NCBI GenBank assembly: GCA_951406725.2
Contig: OX597825.1
Span: 72,106,001-72,170,000 of the forward strand
Reading direction: 5' to 3'
From: Octopus vulgaris
Taxonomy: Eukaryota
DNA length: 64,000 nt
Positions 56,316 through 64,000 of this stretch are shown here, in pieces (the stretch's first letter is position 1; every line of letters starts with the position of its first letter). A program made the translations under genes and the position numbers. Under the pieces are notes generated by a model. That model worked only from the letters and a program-made list of their open reading frames with translations, had not been told where the DNA came from and ran no database searches.

Positions 56316-56976
56316 GTGCAATCTTAGGACATATACCGAGAGTGATAAAAATCAAACATCCAGTCAACATCATGGTGCTTGGAGTGATAACTAGTGATGT
56401 CGATGTTATGCCCCCGTTTATCTCCCCACACAGCTCCCTCATTGTCTTCAGCTGAAAAAAGGGACTCCTATTATGCTATTACGTAATTTGTCTCAACTAA
56501 AATTATGCATTGGTACAAGATCAATTGTGCACAAACTTATGAGGAAATGCAGTGAGGCAAATATTCTCACTGGTTGTAGTAAATGTGGACCCCGTCTTCA
56601 TTCCTCGCATGCCAGTTATACCATCTAATGCCCCATTCCAATTTTAAAGGCTACAGCTTCCTATCTGAGTTTCTTTTGTCATGAACATTAATAAAAATCA
56701 GGGCCAAACACTAAAAGTTGTTGGATTGGAACTTTTCACAAAGTTTGATTCCCAATCCAATGGTTCCGGGTACACAGTCATAGTGTTCCCAATCACATGG
56801 TTGTGGGTTCTCAACCACAGGGTTACCAACCACATGGTTCCGGGTTTTCAACCATAGAGTTCTCAACCACATGGTGCCATTGCATGGCACCTTCGAGAAG
56901 TGTGTTCTACTATAGCCTCAGTCCGACCAAAGCCTTTGTGAGTGGATTTTGTAGACGGAAACTGAAAGAAGCCGTC

Positions 56977-57065
<89 letters not shown>

Positions 57066-57355
57066 AAAACCATGCTTTTCACACGGCTAATTCTATGTAG
57101 GAGCATCACGTGTGGGAACAAAAACTAATCTTTTTGCTTATACACCCCGAAAACCATTGTTTAAAAAGAAGTATTCACTCTTAATGCAACATAAATACTT
57201 CAATAACTTAATTTTCCATTAATATCATTACATTCATGAATGACTAAATTACCTATTTTAATGAACTGTATATAATTGCCATTACTGTATTGATAGATAT
57301 GATAAATAAAATAAAACTCACTATTGTCATATAATAAACAGATAGAAGTTCATCT

Positions 57356-57739
57356 GGAGGCGCAATGGCCCAGTGGTTAGGGCAGCGGACTCGCGGTCGT
57401 AGGATCGCGGTTTCGATTCCCAGACCGGGCGTTGTGAGTGTTTATTGAGCGAAAACACCTAAAGCTCCACGAAGCTCCGGCAGGGATGGTGGTGATCCCT
57501 GCTGTACTCTTTCACCACAACTTTCTCTCACTCTTTCTTCCTGTTTCTGTTGTACCTGTATTTCAAAGGGCCGGCCTTGTCACTCTCTGTGTCACGCTGA
57601 ATATCCCCGAGAACTACGTTAAGAGTACACGTGTCTGTGGAGTGCTCAGCCACTCACACGTTAATTTCACGAGCAGGCTGTCCCGTTGATCGGATCAACC
57701 GGAACCCTCGTCGTCGTAACCGACGGAGTGCTTCCAACC
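57356..57739 (+). mobile_element. SINE family C with TSD agaagttcatct
   Basis: tRNA-like head with A and B boxes; 12 bp TSD on both sides. Confidence 0.85.
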
Positions 57740-57799
57740 AGAAGTTCATCTATTTTCAATTATTATATGAGATCGACACTTTCAAGCGATCAGTCAGCT

Positions 57800-58144
57800 G
57801 AACTATTTGAAGAGCAGCTTGTGAAACTCCGTGAAGGGAGAGTTCCAATTGATTCACCCGATCTTGCTCCCTGGGATATTTTTTGTTCCACCGAATGAAA
57901 AAAAGGGTCCTTATAGGAAAACGTTTTGCAGGTGTGGAAGAGATGAAGGGGGAAACGATGGAGGCGATAAAAGTCATGAATTTCGCAAGAATTCAAGGAC
58001 TGCTTCGAACAGTTGAAAATGCGTCTGGACCGATGCATTGCTTTAAATATAGAATACTTGGGAGGCGATAAATGTGTAAACATGTCAAACTAAGTGAATA
58101 AAATAATATTGCAAAATACCAGTTTCTTTTGGGTACCCTCTCGA
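57800..58144 (+). mobile_element. Mariner transposase C-terminal remnant with right TIR
   Basis: SPDLAPWDIF..RMKKRVLIGKRF; ends ttgggtaccctctcg. Confidence 0.75.
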
Positions 58145-58219
58145 ATGTATGTATGTATGTATGTATACACACACACACACATTTGGTAGACGGAAACTGA
58201 AAGAAGTCCGTCGTATATA

Positions 58220-58271
<52 letters not shown>

Positions 58272-58354
58272 GGTCCCGGGTTGATTCGGGGATAACCACA
58301 GTAAATAAGGTACTCATTACATAGCAGAGTAAAATTAATTTATTATATAGAAGG

Positions 58355-58405
58355 AGCTTCTACAGGACTAGAACTGTTTCATTCAAGAGAAATCTTCAGG
58401 AAGCT
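58355..58405 (-). ncRNA. Type I hammerhead (mirror of 60761-60811)
   Basis: Reverse-complement copy within the inverted arms 58335-58437 / 60728-60830. Confidence 0.75.
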
Positions 58406-58439
58406 AGTTAACAAGAATTGTATTGGCATTTATACATTA

Positions 58440-58620
58440 TTTATTATATATATATGTATATATATTTATTTATATATATATGTATATATGTATATGTATG
58501 TGTATGTGTGTGTGTGTGTATATATATATGTATATATGTGCGTGTGTATATACATATATATATATTTATTTATATATATATGTATATATATATATATGTA
58601 TATGTGTGTATATGTATGTG

Positions 58621-58658
<38 letters not shown>

Positions 58659-59201
58659 TGTACGCGAGTATGTCGATGTATATGTAGGTATGTAGAGTTA
58701 TGTGTATGTGCATGTATGTGTGTGTATATACAGATTGTAGATGGGTATATATATGTGTGTGTATGTGTGCACATGTGTATGTGTATATATATGTGTGTAT
58801 ATATATATATATATATGTGTATATATATATATATGTATATGTGGGTATGTAGAGTTATACGTATGTGCATGTGTATATGTATATGTATATGTATATGTAT
58901 GTGTATGTGTATGTATGTACATATATATGTGTGTGTGTGTGTGTATGTGTGTATATGTATGTATATATGTATATATATATGTGTGTATGTGTAGGTGTGG
59001 GTATATATATATGTGTGTGTGTGTATGTATATATATATGTATGTGTGTGTATGTATATATGTGTGTGTATGTATATATGTGTGTGTATATATATGTATAT
59101 ATATATATATATATAGATATATATATATGTGAATATGTGTGTGTATGTGTACACATGTGTATGTGTGTATGTGTATGTGTGTATGTATATGTATATATTT
59201 A

Positions 59202-59248
<47 letters not shown>

Positions 59249-59351
59249 ATGCATGTATATGTGTATGTGCGTGTATGTGTATATGTGTATGTATGTGTGT
59301 GTGTATATATGTATATGTATGTATGTGTATGTATGTATGTATGTATGTATG

Positions 59352-59388
<37 letters not shown>

Positions 59389-59567
59389 GTATATGTGTAT
59401 GTGTATGTATTTGTATGTGTATGCATGCGCGTATATGTATGTATATGTATACGTGTGGGTGTGTGTATGTGTGTATATATGTATGTATGTATGGGTGTAT
59501 GTATGTATGTATGTATGCGGATGTGTGTATATATATATGTATATGTATATATATGTATATATGTGTG

Positions 59568-59598
<31 letters not shown>

Positions 59599-60130
59599 GT
59601 GTATGTGTATATGTGTATGTATATATATATATGTGTGTATATATATGTATGTATGTATTTGTATGTAGGTGTATATGTATGTGTGTATATATATTTGGTG
59701 TATATGTATAGACTAGTCTTCTAAGATTGTAGAAATGAATCTGTAGGTACGCGTATGTATGTGTATATACGTGTATGTATGTAGATGTATGTATGTATGA
59801 ATATAACGCGTGCGTGCGTGTATGTGTATGAGTGTACGAATGAGAGTGTGTGTGCGTGCTAATGAGTGTGCGTGCGTGAGTGAGTGCTTGTGCTCAAGTA
59901 GAAAGATAAAAGGGACTAGCCAAGATGTTTGTGACCAGCGGTCAAAGATAACAAAAGTAATAAATGAAGATAATAAAATTAAAATTAGGGAATGGGTTTG
60001 TAATTGTATGTATATATGTGTGTATGTGTAGGTATGAATAGGTACACATATGTATGTATGTATGTGTATATATATGTGTGTGTGTGTGTGTATACATACA
60101 TATATATGTGTATGAATGGGTACACATATG

Positions 60131-60181
<51 letters not shown>

Positions 60182-60404
60182 ATGCATACATATATGTGTA
60201 TATGTATATATGAGTATATAGGGACTTGTGTGTTGTGTGTGCATGTGTGTATGTGGATATGTGTGTGTATGTATGTGAGTATGTGTATGTGTGTGTATGT
60301 ATATATTTTTTTGTGTGTATGTGTATGTGTGGTCGTGTGTGTGTATATATACATGTGTGTGTGTATATGTATATGCATGTATATGTGTATGTATGTATAT
60401 GTAT

Positions 60405-60439
<35 letters not shown>

Positions 60440-60455
60440 GATATATGTATGTATA

Positions 60456-60492
<37 letters not shown>

Positions 60493-60535
60493 GGGTGTGT
60501 GTGTATGTATGTGTGTATGTATATGTGTGTGTGTT
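58440..60535. repeat. Degenerate (TA/TG) low-complexity tract
   Basis: Read directly from the sequence. Confidence 0.9.
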
Positions 60536-60760
60536 GAGAATTTCCTTATTTACCTAAAACTCTATTCTTCTATATAATTTTATATTTTTTTATTCTTTTT
60601 TTTATTCTTTTATTTATTCTTCTATCTAATTTACCACTGACTCCTTGACCACTCCCCCAAGTATGATTTTTTTGCGCTATGCCTACCCCCAAAACGTCCC
60701 CCACCACCACCCCTATAAACCTGCCTAAATGTATAAATGCCAATACAATTCTTGTTAACT

Positions 60761-60811
60761 AGCTTCCTGAAGATTTCTCTTGAATGAAACAGTTCCAGTC
60801 CTGTAGAAGCT
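60761..60811 (+). ncRNA. Type I hammerhead ribozyme
   Basis: agcttc-CTGAAGA-tttc/tctt/gaat-GAA-acag/ttccagtc/ctgt-A-gaagct: 6 bp stem I, 4 bp stem III, GUA cleavage site. Confidence 0.8.
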
Positions 60812-60830
60812 CCTTCTATATAATAAATAA

Positions 60831-60872
<42 letters not shown>

Positions 60873-60874
<2 letters not shown>

Positions 60875-61138
60875 CGGCTTCTTTCAGTTTCCGTCTACAA
60901 AATCCACTCACAAAGGCTTTGGTCGGGCTGAGGCTATAGTAGAACACACTTCTCGAAGGTGCCATGCAATGGCACCATGTGGTTGAGAACTCTGTGGTTG
61001 AGAACTCTGTGGTTGAGAACTCTGTGGTTGGTAACCCTGTGGTTGAGAACCCACAACCATGTGATTGGGAACACTATGACTGTGAACCCGGAACCATTGG
61101 ATTGGGAATCAAACTTTGTATCACACGGCCACACCTGG
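60873..61138 (-). mobile_element. SINE family A variant with a 15 bp minisatellite in the head; inverted twin at 56739-56976
   Basis: (tgtggttgagaactc)n; both copies share diagnostic changes such as cttcgagaagtgtgttc. Confidence 0.8.
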
Positions 61139-61779
61139 GCCTATTATACACTGGTGTTCCCGAGGTATCAATAACGACGGGGGTATTATTGAAAAATATA
61201 CATGATGAAAGATGTTTGTGAGACAATACGTATATAAATAAAAAGGTCAAAATAACAGAAAAATAAGTATATTGTATTTATCACTCCCTAAATATTATAA
61301 TACAAGCTCGAATATTTTTGATATGCTCAATACTTCCCATTCAATTCTCTTTAATATACATAATGTTATTTACTACAACTTCCCAAATGTCGTACAAATG
61401 TCTAAATAATTTCACAAATGTAAATGTACATGTATTGAAAACTACCAAAATATATGCATAATTGCACATGGGTACAAACATTTTCATGAGGTTTTTCGAT
61501 AAACAACATGTTTATTTTATGCAAACTATACATTTGCAATATATTTAGTACATTTTGTGCAAAAACAATGACTGTGTATTTATTCAAGTTCACAGCAAAA
61601 TTTCCTGAAAAAACAATATTGCGTGTATAGCAGTCTGAATTTGCATTCTGGAATTTCAAATTGTTTCTGTTTTTCGTCCAACTTAAAGCAAGAAATAAAC
61701 GCATATGCAGTGTAAGATGTACGTAGTCTTAAGTTTAATGCATGATAGCTCTCAGAAAGTTGAATATAAAAAGTAATAT

Positions 61780-62160
61780 GGCGCAGGAGTGGCTGTGTGG
61801 TAAGTAGCTTGCTTACGAACCACACCTTGCGTGACACCTTGGGCAAGTGTCTTCTACTATAGCCTCGGGCTGACCAAAGCCTTGTGAGTGGATTTGGTAG
61901 ACCGAAACTGAAAGAAGCCCGTCGTATATATGTATGTATGTGTGTGTGTTTGTGTGCGTGTGTTTGTCCCTCCAACATCGCTTGACAACCGATGCAGGTG
62001 TGTTTACGTCCCCGTCACTTAGCGGTTCGGCAAAAGAGAAACCGATAGATTAAGTACTAGGCTTACAAAGAATAAGTCCCATGGTCGTTTTGTTCGACTA
62101 AAGGCGGTGCTCCAGCATGGCTGCAGTCAAATGACTGAAACAAGTAAAAGAGTAAAAAAA
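61780..62160 (+). mobile_element. SINE family A
   Basis: Match to the family consensus with a small head deletion. Confidence 0.8.
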
Positions 62161-62556
62161 ATGTACTAATGAAATATAAATGGAATATATGGAGCCGAAT
62201 AATTAATAATAAGGTAAGTGTAAATACAAATATATACAGCTTATTAAATATACATTAAGGTCATATAGCGTATTATATATATTGATTAGATTTATCATTA
62301 TGACAAGGGACAAAATCAGTTTTATCATCAGAATTTATAAACATAGATCCATTAGATGAACATTATGTGACAGATGAGACAACAAAATGAACTTCTGAAT
62401 ACAAAAGATAAATAAATAAATAAAACGAGAATAGCTCTAGCCCGTGTCGAAAAACTAAGAGACGTGTGGTCGAATGATTTAGATAGTACATCATGCAAAG
62501 TGGAATGAATTCGACCGCATCAAATTGTTAAGTTTTACTTTGTCACTCACAATATA

Positions 62557-62593
<37 letters not shown>

Positions 62594-62594
<1 letters not shown>

Positions 62595-63693
62595 CCCAGG
62601 GAACTGTTTTGGGTCCGCTACTCTTCATAATTTATGTAAACGACCTTTCCAGTGTCGTACATCACTGCAAAGTGAAAATATTCGCTGATGACACTAAGCT
62701 CCAGCAAATCGTCAATGAAGAAGCAGACCGAACTCAACTCCAGTCTGACCTATATGCTGTGAGTCAATGGGCAGACAGAAACAAAATGCAACTGAATGAG
62801 GGAAAATTTGAGCTGATGCCTTTTGGAAGAAATTCCTCACTAAAACAACCATACGCTCTTCCTTCAGGGGAACCGCTCACAGCCTCTAACAATATCAGAG
62901 ACCTGGGTGTAATTGTTGATGACGATCTCAGTTGGAGTGCACACATCAACAAGAAGGTCGATACAGCTCGTAGGATGAGTTCCTGGATCTTAAGAACTTT
63001 CCGGTCCAGAGAACAAGGTGTCATCATACCACTTTTTTCATCCTTTGTACGGCCACACCTTGAATACTGCTGCCCACTGTGGTCTCCTCACACAAGACAA
63101 AACATCTCCAGAATTGAGTCACCCCAGAGGGCTCTCACTAAACAAATTGAAGGCATGGCTGCTCTCGACTATTGGGATCGCCTTAAAGCCTTGAAACTTT
63201 ACTCCCTCCAGCGTCGCCGTGAGCGGTACATCATTTGTACGATGTGGAAAATATACCGCCAACTTTGCCCAAACGACCTAAACATTAGCTTCAAGGTTCA
63301 TCCGAGACTTGGACCACGGGCTATACGTCCCCTGCCAAATTCAAGATCACAACATACATATACACTGCAACATAATTTCTTTTCCTCAACAGGCCCTGCC
63401 CTATTTAACATTGTCCCGAGGGAGATCAAAGAGGAAAAGGATCCCATTAACTCCAAACAGAGTCTGGATAGATTCCTTCAAAGAATACCAGATAAGCCAC
63501 CCATAATTGGATACAACTCACCCAACAAGAACTCACTACTTGAACAAAACTGGATACAACTCACCCAACAAGAACTCACTACTTGAACAAAACTTGACTT
63601 AAACAGGTTTCGAATAATCCTATCAGGTGGTGCTAGTAAGTTAGACATGGCCTGGACCAATCTCTGGTCGAAACATATCTAAGTTTTATCTAA

Positions 63694-63697
<4 letters not shown>
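62594..63697 (+). mobile_element. 5'-truncated CR1/Jockey-like LINE with an open RT C-terminal frame
   Basis: ORF 62609-63586 (YVNDL, FADDTKL, VRPHLEYCCPLWSP); ~42 bp tandem duplication at 63508-63594; lies between (CA)n and (TA)n. Confidence 0.9.
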
Positions 63698-63778
<81 letters not shown>

Positions 63779-63951
63779 ATATATACATATATATACATGC
63801 TTTACTTTAAGTTGAAATAGTCCCAAAGACTGAAGCCGGTACTGAAATGTTCTTCATGATAAAATTATTTTAGCATTTTCTACCTTGTCCTATTTTCATT
63901 ATACATATCAACTCGTGTATTACTTTTAACCGTCTATATATACTTATACAC

Positions 63952-64000
<49 letters not shown>

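Noticed and set aside
57356-57430. tRNA-like cloverleaf (also at 56240-56311 and 30175-30250)
   Set aside because: It continues into a repeated body with TSDs, so it is a SINE head and not a tRNA gene
60968-61062. CRISPR-like short repeats
   Set aside because: Contiguous 15 bp tandem units without spacers inside a SINE

Overview
Eukaryotic, AT-rich, repeat-saturated animal DNA. The SINE repertoire and microsatellite load suggest a cephalopod (octopus-like) genome, which is an inference. The only host genes are three tandem LicD/fukutin-family nucleotidyltransferase paralogs on the minus strand (17.6-28.5 kb), each with an uninterrupted CDS behind a conserved splice acceptor. The rest is transposon debris: three tRNA-derived SINE families, CR1/Jockey-, RTE-, R4- and Tx1-like LINE fragments, mariner remnants, non-autonomous Helitrons and many Penelope-like element (PLE) remnants. 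Highlights: (1) a Naiad-like PLE inside the LicD duplication unit whose linker-endonuclease frame is open except for one in-frame TGA at the first Cys of the CxCx5C motif (candidate selenocysteine transposon), followed by a hammerhead; (2) hammerhead-ribozyme folds at about seven loci, several in foldback or inverted repeats bounded by (TA)n; (3) LicD paralogs whose coding sequences differ much more than their 3' flanks and that may share an upstream exon. Most ORFs in the supplied track are microsatellite artefacts. All alignments and folds were done by eye and most coordinates are approximate.
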